The notes under the pieces: generated by a model | Seen by the model: the letters and a program-made list of their open reading frames with translations, nothing else | What the model was told of the DNA's origin: nothing | Databases searched by the model: none | Shown: positions 35,801-39,883 of the stretch, in pieces | Position numbering within the stretch: position 1 is the first letter of the stretch | How the letters are laid out: each line of letters opens with the position of its first letter | Made by a program: the position numbers and the translations under genes | From: Pseudomonadota bacterium | GTDB lineage: Bacteria; Myxococcota_A; UBA9042; GCA-2863065 | Reading direction: 5' to 3' | DNA: 64,000 nt | NCBI GenBank assembly: GCA_005776585.1 | Contig: SXOX01000143.1 | Coordinates: 6,032-70,031 of the forward strand

Positions 35801-36416
35801 CCAGCGGGACGTCGACAAGAAATTGTGCGCCAGATGCGGTGCCAGAACTCGACACGAGCCGGGCGCCGATGCGCACCTGAAAGCCCAGGGTCAGGTCATC
35901 GGACTCCCAGGCCACCAGAAAACCGCCCGTCGCCGTGTTCGCCGCGACGGTCGGGTTGAGGTCGAGCGCGAACGACCCCGCGGTTTGATCCGAGAGCTGC
36001 TGCGCTGAACCGGAGAGGGCGCCGGCGGCGGTGACGAGCTGCCCGAAGATCTCGTTCTCGTTCTGGGTGTCCGCGGACTCCTCGTCCCACACGACGTAGT
36101 ACGTGTTCGTGTTGGCGTTCCACGCCACGGCCGGTCGCGCCGGAAAGGTTGCCGACGAGCGGATCTCGATGACAGACCCAAGCGCTGCAAAGCTGCCGTC
36201 GAGGCGCTGCCCGAGGATCTTCTTGCTCGTCGTGTTGCGGAAGACGAGCAGGTACTCATTCGAGGTCGCGTTGTAGGCCAGCCCCGCATCGGTGTTGCGC
36301 GCCCCTTGGGACGTGAGCTGGATGTCGGTCCCCGAGATCGTCGGGTTGGCACTCGCCAGCGACGCCCCGCCGAGACAAGCAAGGACCACCGTGAAGACAA
36401 AAGATGTACGCTTCAT
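22161..36416 (-). CDS. giant secreted mosaic surface/adhesin-like protein, continuous in frame with an OmpA-family outer-membrane protein
   Basis: Uninterrupted 4751-codon ORF. GGAGGG lies 6 nt upstream of ATG 36416. Signal peptide MKRTSFVFTVVLACLGGASLASA. Recognisable modules throughout (see sub-features). All overlapping ORF-track entries are low-complexity Arg/Pro/Ser translations. Confidence 0.9.
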   Translation of the reverse strand: MKRTSFVFTVVLACLGGASLASANPTISGTDIQLTSQGARNTDAGLAYNATSNEYLLVFRNTTSKKILGQRLDGSFAALGSVIEIRSSATFPARPAVAWNANTNTYYVVWDEESADTQNENEIFGQLVTAAGALSGSAQQLSDQTAGSFALDLNPTVAANTATGGFLVAWESDDLTLGFQVRIGARLVSSSGTASGAQFLVDVPLVDASSANVNCNFPAIAYNATAGEYLVVWSNTQNTANPPNSRQILGQRLHASTGAELGTDFKIAERIGAGQSHVAWSEAANRYLIAFSANLGATNTTEIEVFGRLVAAVGTVQGAADLRLSDAGPDGNVGFGAGNPFVTYNHAHKRFLVTWTGDDDIDGAIQDEIEIFGQELVGEGPSVGNEFGTDFRISFQPAAGDTQKTAVLQSAVFGTTSGKYLVAWSGGNGTASEIFAKTFAPDTCGNSALDAGEGCDDGNTTAGDGCSSVCVVEAGFTCPTPGSACTCATGFFGATCQACSPACTASQYEVIACTPSTNRLCGACDGSCATCNGPSSNNCLSCSGGNTLSGGSCVAPNTLPTITAPATAAPNEDESIAFTGSNQVSITDPDPATLSVTLSTSNGTFTITTTTGLTLDAGGFTSSGGATFTGTVANLNAALATLSFLGNAQYNGAAAVTIEVDDAAFAGTVNATHTIALTVAAVNDAPVMSGPVAPSTTEDTALTLSGANAFAVSDVDVGTSEFQMTVTVSDGTATLATTTSLTFTAGDGDSDAAMTFTGTLDDVNAALDGLVFKPTAQFNGTASISVKADDQGATGSGGAKSHTLARSITVSAVNDGPTVSAPGGSFAVTEDVAKSLSGLTFSDLDVGTGTMTATLTVASGTVTGSSSGGVTASGSGTGVLTLSGTLTDLNTYLTAGNATFTTALNATSNETLKVKLMDGGNTGSGGEKSFTADIGLIVTAVNDAPSVTAPVATQAVAEHAVLTFNAGNSNAIAVSDVDATTVTTTLTVTHGKLSLSGTTGLTFTTGDGTKNATMTFSGTPAATTTALDGLKYDPDGNYDGGDTLVVTVSDGGQTGTGGAKQVTANVPLQVNAVNDPPAITAPGAQTVTEDGTFAFTGAGLVVSVADEDAASVKVTLTATDGTVNLSSVTGLSFSAGDGNSDPAMAFTGTLTNVNAALATLSFSPTANFTGATAKVVVDVTDQGSAGSGGAKTDSKTVTFTITAVNDAPTIAAPATRSVAEDAVLTFTGTGNVVSVADVDAASGAVKVTLTPTNGTVTVTQLTGLTFSGGSDGTDDAPMTFTATVTAANNALATLSYKPTADFNGAATLKVDIDDQGNTGGAAQTATKTVTLTVTEVNDTPSASADSKSTGEDTPLTFAASDLTSNDSKGPANESAQTLTVALVGGATAQGGTVALSGGNVTYTPKAHFNGTDTFTYTVTDNGTTDGVSAPKTSTAATVTVTVSASNDAPTAVADSVNGTEDVDVTITAATLLSNDLDPDKADTVPDVLTVTSVQGANKGTVSLSGTTITFKPQLNFNGSGSFQYTLKDSANVTSSATVTVNLAVANDLPVAVDDAAQTYESTPVSIPVLANDTDVDTADTTPDVLTVKSVTQPASGGTVTINGDKLGVTFTRSGSFAGTTTFTYTVTDKANATATATVTVKVKACGDGERNVSDGEACDDGNTTAVDGCAANCTAIEFGFACNTNTPNVCTSLCGDGKKASNEACDDGCGNNGCAAADNGDGCSQACAIEAGFTCTGNNPTVCVASCGSVFNFATGVQDWTITGSGSGAGAFAHGASAFGGGTGFETGLGAPKLPATAVDTTIRRQIAIPATSAAIPKTQLVVSYKLQGDGTNQCLDVFVNPTGSTAGAPNAHTCANATALTTLTVDVASLGGTSPTAVVRFTSAGGAGATAFEGAFVGRIDVRSDVDGDSKGEFGAQAGCDPCIDVDQDGFGAAGSATPAQCTGGAAEDCVDGNDQIFPTKIELCSNNVDDNCNTKTDLLDAQCGEDCTDGLDNGSNGLTDCADVACTGDPFCSPCSIDFTFDSGAGQGFVPTGPMAYLPGAPTQGLPLSNGVWKTGGATGLGVDATRKIAHLTRTFAVPNAVTGGPAPRLEVVYKLQGNPNPAFDVMGVCFNVAPGGACDKDNAAAVVVGNKTPNNALPQPSYTDGTQDHLVIDLKAHLGQSVTVTVFFDTVVPNLVLTPGLAIDRIVVASDVDGDALQEGASTQCDPCWDGDKDGYSDAASPRMANGTPGPSQCPNFGKPDCNDVVAAINPGKTEVCNTPDDDDCDGFLNGNDSDCGTEDCANGKDDNGDTKIDCLDASCTNDAACAVCAKTFTFTTGDAGLIPDDNDPDNNAATRVFQYGASTLNAGDKGWETVLNGNVSSVQTGGQTSVKAFLARTLTIPAGMPFPSLLIRYANRGEASTSKDIFGVCLDPQTPKTQCKAAGDKKYVIFESGKKTASGLFDTVSVPLPPEKAGQSVDVVLFYDTLDNNNNDNPGLFISEVTLQSDRDDDKKPELSGSNACDHCIDADADGYGDATLPYNGDLSACPQSKADCNDNPLASGATTHPDQAEQCAVPGDNDCNGLDDPQELACSVCSDTKITAGETCDDGNTTSGDGCSATCQTEAGALAITEVHIKKLSGLPGEQWIELYNRSNAKIDLGSLGLKLKNQQGQVQTFASDCAVALGKKGEVAAKGFYVIALGPQNGSDGLPADAFCDGQFQLSQVGDQLQLLDGTSAVLDLLDFTGYACELGHAADTNKSRSIELQSATTQTNASNDDASVWCLSAGTATYSTSKTHLGTPGAATSCGELVCDGQDDDCDGTIDQGLPDGDGDKVCNEQDCDAAVATCTTNCKIDLDKDNLDDCKDPCLDGDGDGYGVPGGAANAVCPKTGTDCDDTRKAINPGGTETSAADACNDSFDNDCDGQVDCVDAACTASPECAGETCASALPVACGETKSLVPFDNAFPCGSGADGVLKLSATTTETVTFRVKNAGTKQYSVNVFVNGCADLTCAGSALAVSSTCADGGQGSLSVNAGSTYTLVVDEVAACGGSGSPAADVTVVCGEQCTGGKDEDADGLVDCADDDCVLVAACANADFDQDGIKNGVEILCGHDPKSVLDVPTSDEVANPDNDLLLNCVDPDDDDDQASDATEATECPLNPEAKNTDKIRPGAAKNCKLAGIDADCNKQFDTTEASCGAKEQQCGDGNDNDGDTAIDCLDTDCLTDGICAKEDFDKDGVSNGFELLCNTDPESKASVPGPLLANDLDNDGLPNCSDTDDDADGHSDIEELVCGSNSLNQASVPKNTDGALPGGDTQCDASDLDDDADGFVDTFELGCGSDPLLGTSTPIDAAHDQDADGICDVEDADRDGDTWANNVEQVCGTDPTVNSDNPGTAGLDVDGDHLCDVIDPDDDNDQWTDAKELLCQTDPRDASSVPVDTDKNGVCDLLDQDEDGDGWANAVETTCGTDPKKKADNPKDNGQDADADQLCDKVDPDDDGDNWDDDTEQKCGTNAHDPLSLPTDTDGDKLCDPLDNDEDNDGWLNATEALCKTDPKSALSKPVDTDGDGVCDVVDPDADPDGDLWKTSDETFCGTDPKSAASVPVDTDKDGLCDPKDLDQDADGWPNDQETACGSDPLSAASHPVDTDKDGICNTQDTDDDGDGAPDVTETTCKTDPLDGSLKPTIDDLTDTDGDLTLNCVDLDDDNDAEPDLAELAIGTEKNKPDTDGDGLKDGAEDADHDGVTQPKETSPLKTDTDGDGLSDGLEVAASSCYGVDAQNNCLKTDPTNPDTDGDGLLDGDEDANHNGKPDGDVSAGETYPTKADTDGDTENDKKELFCHTNPLDPKSVSEDKDQNGDCDGSQSDADKDGVSDGVEVYCGTDPLSSTSTPSLESLEDTDGDQIIDCKDPDDDNDLVSDKEEGICGTDSLNKASTPAAPELLDYDQDGTLNCADQDDDDDGLSDAQEQVIGTNTRDQDSDEDGLTDGKEVNTTQTDPKERDTDQDGVQDGTELGVNQPTKDTDATKFKADADPTTKTNPLNPDTDADKLKDGEEDLNGDGKVGDPPESDPLDPTDGLFDTDGDGLTDHDEKLGIKNVSNGKVTKTDHKDPDSDDDGLNDKLELLVYGSDPLDGDSDDGGVNDKDEVDNGTKPLVKDDDYSVAKVIGDNVFRCDASGRPGAGTGALAVLLLAGLVLLARRRARVLPLLVLAALAVPMMAPTGASAQATAEVNIENFMPGGGRYRIWSVEESMVGPKWQPYASVLFYGERKPLFLKAGNHEEILVESQTFCDIGLGVGLADWAQIELSLPVAIQMTSADDVKAIAPVSGAGLGDMTFRVRGKLLNNQTGGFGIGMSFGLTLPTGNKDKFRGDPTVGVLLNTIFDYRTDRTVTALNLGFRFRPKESTLFGTTFGHELTFGLGIDVAAWIDRVHLDLEIFGRTPLTKDFFSSLDSTNLEVLFGPKFWVISGLSIQAAVGAGLVQGYGAPNFRFLAGLQWAPRTNDSDGDGIEDRADECPLSPEDKDGFADNDGCPEWDNDKDGIVDAEDKCPNQAEDWNGVEDKDGCPDGDADGDGVADALDRCPSEREDKDGYQDDDGCPELDNDGDGVQDTADKCPNLPGPAEKQGCPDGGSTTKYVEKIIEVEKECARTLPEYVIFAKGKWDLTAEAKKTLEVVAKKILENKLVIEVGVDGHASEEGNDLKNLTLSKNRGKVVKAELVRLGVEAKLLTRRGFGASKPVYRADNPNEIDYEKNRRTEFTLLLGGKCSTGETKLKTP
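23886..23972 (-). other. MYXO-CTERM-like tripartite sorting signal located internally (aa 4149-4177)
   Basis: CDASGRPGAGTG + ALAVLLLAGLVLLA + RRR, that is a Cys/Gly motif, a hydrophobic helix and an Arg cluster. This arrangement normally forms the extreme C-terminus of a protein. Confidence 0.55.
24042..27188 (-). repeat. ~1050 aa array of thrombospondin type-3-like calcium-binding repeats (aa ~3077-4125)
   Basis: Dozens of DxDxDGxxDxxDxDDDxD units. Many occur in a longer ~45-50 aa super-repeat, (E)xxCGTDPxxxxSxPxDTDxDGxCDxxDxDxDGDGW. Confidence 0.8.
28062..28589 (-). other. lamin-tail-domain (LTD)-like module (aa ~2610-2785)
   Basis: LAITEVHIKKLSGLPGEQWIELYNRSNAKIDLGSLGLKLKN...FYVIAL...LSQVGDQLQLLD matches the LTD hallmark (INE...EfvELyN...vdLsGw.L). 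It is preceded by a Myxococcus-type Cys-rich repeat, ETCDDGNTTSGDGCSATC. Confidence 0.65.
28683..31172 (-). repeat. three paralogous ~270-295 aa modules (aa 1749-2017, 2018-2312, 2313-2578)
   Basis: Each module opens with F-x-F-(A/D/T)-(T/S)-G (SVFNFATG, SIDFTFDSG, AKTFTFTTG). Each has a beta-rich body with (V)VYKLQG/LIRYANRG and a (D)VDGD/DRDDD acidic turn. Each ends in Cys-rich DCxDxxxxxxPxxxExCxxxDDDCxG motifs (putative metal-binding motif as in MopE-like proteins). Confidence 0.65.
31488..34739 (-). repeat. ~11 tandem ~95-100 aa Ig/cadherin-like repeats (aa 560-1643)
   Basis: Units are delimited by VNDAP/VNDGP/VNDPP/VNDTP/SNDAP/ANDLP and contain ...TLT(V)T..G(T)...GLTF..GDG.....MTFTGT....N.AL..L.Y.P...F.G. 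This is typical of large bacterial adhesins. Confidence 0.75.
35097..36347 (-). repeat. 7 x ~51-69 aa protein repeat (aa 24-440), beta-propeller-like, family not recognised
   Basis: Recurring signature [AV]-[AV]-[WY]-N-x5-[YF]-L-[VLI]-[VA]-[WF] then I/V-F/L-G-Q/R-x-L-x5-G. Examples: GLAYNATSNEYLLVF, AVAWNANTNTYYVVW, TVAANTATGGFLVAW, AIAYNATAGEYLVVW, HVAWSEAANRYLIAF, FVTYNHAHKRFLVTW, AVFGTTSGKYLVAW. The aromatic anchors are at aa 59, 110, 170, 233, 291, 355 and 424. Confidence 0.7.
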
Positions 36417-36422
36417 AACTCA

Positions 36423-36428
36423 CCCTCC
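36423..36428 (-). promoter_or_regulatory. Shine-Dalgarno of the giant gene
   Basis: The minus strand reads GGAGGG TGAGTT ATG. Confidence 0.6.
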
Positions 36429-36545
36429 GCTCTCTGCGACCGTCCTTCCCTGGACCAGGTCGCGCTGACCCCAAGATTCCTTCCCCGCTCGACCCGCTCC
36501 CACGTGCGTCGAAGGGGACTGTCCGTCCGACGACCGGCAGCGCCG

Positions 36546-37349
36546 CTAGGCGGCCCCCGGTCGCTCCACCGAAAAGACCAGATACGCGAAGTCTGCGCCC
36601 TTCACTGGCGCCGCCCGCCCGAGACGTAGACCGCGACGCAGATAGCCCTCTTCGAGGCGGCTCTCCCAGGGAACCGCATGAAAGCCGTGGCGGCTCCATG
36701 CCGGCTCCGTCCAGCCGACGGCGTGCTCTTTTGCGGTCAACGCGACCACGTAGATCCCGGTCTCGAGCGCCTCTCCAGCCGGTCCTCCAAGCGCAACCAA
36801 TGCGGCTCGGCGCTCCTGCCCGCCGCTTTGGTTCACGACCTGCTCGGTGACCACGAGCTGCAGCGGCAGCCCGGCGCGCATGGGCACCGTCATGCGGACC
36901 GGGCCCGAGACCACGTGCGCGTGCTCACCCAGGCGGGGCTCGTGGCGGTAGCTCAGGCCAAGGAACGACCCTGCGGGGTAGGCGACCTGGACCTGGAGCG
37001 ACTTCAGGTCGGGTCGGGCTGCGAGCCCGTGGAGCCCGACCAGCCCCAAGCGCACTCGGCCCTCGAACGTGGCGCGGGCCTCCTCGGCGAGCCTCGTGTT
37101 CGAGACCACCGCTCGCAGCCCTGCGAGGCGAAACGGCTCCGCGTCCGGAGTCGCCGTGCGCAGGTACTCCCACGGCCCGCCCTCGAGGCGTCCGCTCGAG
37201 ACCCAGCGCGCGACACTCGGGCTCGGTCGCGCTTGGCGCGTTGCTGCTATCGCGTCGTCGGTCGCCATGGTCGCCGCGACCGCGCCGCCCACGAGCGCCG
37301 AGGCGTCTTGGAGGAAGCGTCGTCGGCCTTGCGTCTTCATTTCGGTCAT
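36546..37349 (-). CDS. Tat-signal secreted protein, function unknown
   Basis: Start trimmed to ATG 37349 with GGGAG 7 nt upstream. MTEMKTQGRRRFLQDASALVGGAVAATMA is a twin-arginine signal. No family recognised. Confidence 0.7.
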   Translation of the reverse strand: MTEMKTQGRRRFLQDASALVGGAVAATMATDDAIAATRQARPSPSVARWVSSGRLEGGPWEYLRTATPDAEPFRLAGLRAVVSNTRLAEEARATFEGRVRLGLVGLHGLAARPDLKSLQVQVAYPAGSFLGLSYRHEPRLGEHAHVVSGPVRMTVPMRAGLPLQLVVTEQVVNQSGGQERRAALVALGGPAGEALETGIYVVALTAKEHAVGWTEPAWSRHGFHAVPWESRLEEGYLRRGLRLGRAAPVKGADFAYLVFSVERPGAA

Positions 37350-37431
37350 CTTGCGTCTCCCGTGCTGGTAGGAACGTGGGCCGCATGCTATCCGATCCTT
37401 GTACTCGATTGCCAGATGGGAGCCAAAGTCG

Positions 37432-37731
37432 ATGTCCAAGGTGCTGCTGTTGAGCGATTTCGAGCCGCACGTCGGGGCCCAGTTCGACGTGAGCTGGCCG
37501 GAACCCGAGTCGAGCGTTCCGCTGACGCTCTTGGAGGCCGTGCCGATTCAACGCTCCACGGACGGGCGCAGCTTCGCGCTGAGGTTCGATGGGCCTGCGG
37601 AGCCTCTTCTGCCGCAGCAGATCCACGAGCTCCTTCACCCCGACCAGGGACCGTTGCAGCTGTTCTTGGTCCCAGTCGTAGGCGCACGCCCTGGTCGGCT
37701 CCTGTACGAGGCGATCTTCTCGCGCCTTTAG
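37432..37731 (+). CDS. small (99 aa) conserved hypothetical, possibly DUF6916-like
   Basis: GGGAG lies 8 nt upstream of ATG 37432. The pattern FEPHVGAQFDV....PLTLLEAV......GRSFALRFDGPAEPLLPQQIHELLHPDQGPLQLFLVPV....RLLYEAIF matches my recollection of a small family often found beside tail-collar triplets. Name is from memory. Confidence 0.65.
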   Translation: MSKVLLLSDFEPHVGAQFDVSWPEPESSVPLTLLEAVPIQRSTDGRSFALRFDGPAEPLLPQQIHELLHPDQGPLQLFLVPVVGARPGRLLYEAIFSRL

Positions 37732-38207
37732 TGGGCGCCTCTGGCGCCGATCCAGCGAAGGGCGAGGTAGGCGCCTTCGTCGGCGACGAGCGTGAACTCG
37801 AGCCGATCGTAGAGCCGGAGGGCCGGGTTGTCGCGTTCGACGCGCAGGCCAATCGACCGTCCCGCGTCCTGCGCGCCTGCCTGGAGGGACCGCAGCAGCT
37901 GTGTGCCCAGGCCGCGTCCTCGCCACTCGGGAACCAGACAAACATCAACAACGTACAGCTCTGTCTGGCGGGGCTCGACCCAGAGGCGACCCACGCGCTC
38001 GTCTTCGATCCAAAGGATATGGTCGTTTTCGACGCTGAAGCGGCGCGCGTAGTCCACCCGCTGGGCTTCGAGCTGCTGGCTCAGGACTGCGTCTCGGAGC
38101 GCATCCGGCAGCGCCGAGAACATCGCCGCTCGCTCCAGACGAAAGAGCGCCGCGAGAAAGGGCTCGTCCGTCGTTTGGCGCGGAACGCTCCGCAAGGCCG
38201 TCTGCAC
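37728..38207 (-). CDS. GNAT family N-acetyltransferase
   Basis: GTG start 14 nt after the collar gene stop. The acetyl-CoA motif region VCLVPEWRGRGLGTQLLRSL and the tail NPALRLYDRLEF are GNAT hallmarks. Its stop overlaps the stop of the convergent gene 37432-37731 by 2 nt. Confidence 0.85.
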   Translation of the reverse strand: MQTALRSVPRQTTDEPFLAALFRLERAAMFSALPDALRDAVLSQQLEAQRVDYARRFSVENDHILWIEDERVGRLWVEPRQTELYVVDVCLVPEWRGRGLGTQLLRSLQAGAQDAGRSIGLRVERDNPALRLYDRLEFTLVADEGAYLALRWIGARGAH

Positions 38208-38221
38208 GCGTCGTCGTCCGT

Positions 38222-38734
38222 CTAGCTGCGCGGCGGAAAGATGCCCTGCAGCGCAATCGCGAAGGTGACGGCGAGCGACGGCATCCGGTTCTCGTGGGCC
38301 GCAGGAGACGCCGTGATGGCGTCAGCCCGCAGGAGGCCCGTTGGCGTTCCTTGCCGCGCGAACATGCTGAGGGAGTTGTCCGCCAGGAAGGAGCCAGCTG
38401 GGTTGGCCGCGCCGGCGGAGTCGATGACGCCCTGAAGTGGATGCGAGTGGGGCGGGACCTGCGACTCGGTCAACGTGACACTCGCGACGCCGCCGGTCTC
38501 ACCGAGGCTACGGAACGACAGCCCTGGACCCTGACCCCAGTGCATCGGAACTCGGCCTTGGAGATCAGGGAGCCCGAACGTTGTCTGGCCATTTCCGCCA
38601 ACCGTCGTTCCGAGGAGGGAGACGAGCGCCGTGTTCTGCGAGATGGGCATGATCTGGCCGTTGCAGGCTGCCCAGCCCTTGGGAGCGAAGGTGAAGGCAA
38701 AGGGACGAATCTCAGCGACAAAGGGCTCGGACAT
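38222..38734 (-). CDS. phage-tail-collar domain (MdpB/COG4675-like) protein, paralogue 1
   Basis: GGAGGA lies 5 nt upstream. MSEPFVAEIRPFAFTFAPKGWAACNGQIMPISQNTALVSLLGTTVGGNGQTTFGLPDLQGRVP, then PPHSHPL, and C-terminal IALQGIFPPRS. Confidence 0.88.
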   Translation of the reverse strand: MSEPFVAEIRPFAFTFAPKGWAACNGQIMPISQNTALVSLLGTTVGGNGQTTFGLPDLQGRVPMHWGQGPGLSFRSLGETGGVASVTLTESQVPPHSHPLQGVIDSAGAANPAGSFLADNSLSMFARQGTPTGLLRADAITASPAAHENRMPSLAVTFAIALQGIFPPRS

Positions 38735-38746
38735 GAGGTCCTCCGA

Positions 38747-39247
38747 TCATGATTGCGTGGGAAAGATACCAAAGAGGGCGATGATGAACGAGATGCACTG
38801 GTACGGCTGCATGTTCTCATGCGGCTGTGTGCCGTAGACCCCCGCCTTGAAGGAGGCGGGCAACATGGCTCGGGTCGTCCCTTCGCCATAGGCGGGGAGC
38901 GACGCCGTCGTGAGGAGCCGACCCGTGGGATCGGTCGAGGCGGTGCCGGGTGCGGCCGTATTCAACGCGTGGCTGTGAGCCGGCAGCTGGCTCGCGATCA
39001 GCGTGACCGTCTCCGAGCCGCCCGACTCCCCGATGATGAAGCCGTTTCCCTGATGCAGGGGCACACGGCCGCGCAGATCGGGCAGCGCGAAGGTGCTCTG
39101 GCCATCGCCGCCATAGGTCGTACCGATGAGAGCGAACAAGGTCTCGCTCTCCGCGATGCTCTGAAGCGAGCCATCGCAGAAGGCCCAGCCGACCGGAGCG
39201 AAGTTCCCGCCGAACATGCGAATCTCGCCAACGTACGGTTCTGCCAT
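38747..39247 (-). CDS. phage-tail-collar domain (MdpB-like) protein, paralogue 2
   Basis: AAGGA lies upstream. MAEPYVGEIRMFGGNFAPVGWAFCDGSLQSIAESETLFALIGTTYGGDGQSTFALPDLRGRVP, then PAHSHAL, and C-terminal IALFGIFPTQS. Confidence 0.88.
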   Translation of the reverse strand: MAEPYVGEIRMFGGNFAPVGWAFCDGSLQSIAESETLFALIGTTYGGDGQSTFALPDLRGRVPLHQGNGFIIGESGGSETVTLIASQLPAHSHALNTAAPGTASTDPTGRLLTTASLPAYGEGTTRAMLPASFKAGVYGTQPHENMQPYQCISFIIALFGIFPTQS

Positions 39248-39295
39248 GCGGTTCCTTTCGGTCTCCGCCCGCGTGAGCGGCGGAGCTCCTTGGTA

Positions 39296-39808
39296 TCAAT
39301 TCTGAGACGGGAAGATCCCCTGGAGCGCGATGCAGTAGTTTATGGTCAAGAACGGCTGTTGATTCGAGTGCGGCTGACCGCCACCGCTCGAGTTGCCGAG
39401 GGTGCCTGCCGCGAGCGGCGACGTGAGGGCGCCGGTTCCGTAGACGGGCGCAGACGATGCCGCGAGGATCGCGCCGCGCGGTGTGCCGGTGAAGCCCGCC
39501 GCGCTGGTGACCGCGATGCCGCCACCGCCCAACGTGTGGCCTGGCATGTGGTTCGCTGCGAGCGTCACGTTCGTTTCGCCGAGCTGCATGCCGATAGGAA
39601 TGTCGTTGCTCTTGTGGAGCGGCACGCGACCCCGAAGATCCGGCAACCCGAACGTCGTCTGGCCATTCCCCCCGAAGTTCGTCCCAAGGAGCGCAAACAG
39701 GGCCTGGTTCTGGTTGATCGCGAGTAGCTGGCCGTTGCACTGGGCCCACCCCTTCGGTGGAAAGCCGAAGCTGAAGGGTCTGATTTCGCCAATGAACGGC
39801 TCTGTCAT
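39296..39808 (-). CDS. phage-tail-collar domain (MdpB-like) protein, paralogue 3
   Basis: Start trimmed to ATG 39808 with AGGAGGAG upstream. MTEPFIGEIRPFSFGFPPKGWAQCNGQLLAINQNQALFALLGTNFGGNGQTTFGLPDLRGRVP. The HSH motif is replaced by PGHTL. C-terminal IALQGIFPSQN. Confidence 0.88.
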   Translation of the reverse strand: MTEPFIGEIRPFSFGFPPKGWAQCNGQLLAINQNQALFALLGTNFGGNGQTTFGLPDLRGRVPLHKSNDIPIGMQLGETNVTLAANHMPGHTLGGGGIAVTSAAGFTGTPRGAILAASSAPVYGTGALTSPLAAGTLGNSSGGGQPHSNQQPFLTINYCIALQGIFPSQN

Positions 39809-39883
39809 GCTGCTCCTCCTGTGCCCGGTGTCCGCCGCGCGACTCCGGGACACTACGTACCATTGGTGCCCCCAGTCAAGTTC

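Noticed and set aside
38222-39808. The possibility that the tail-collar genes mark a prophage or a phage-tail-like bacteriocin.
   Set aside because: There is no terminase, portal, capsid, sheath, tube, baseplate, tape-measure, lysis or integrase gene anywhere in the 64 kb. The genes are short stand-alone collar proteins in a host-like operon.
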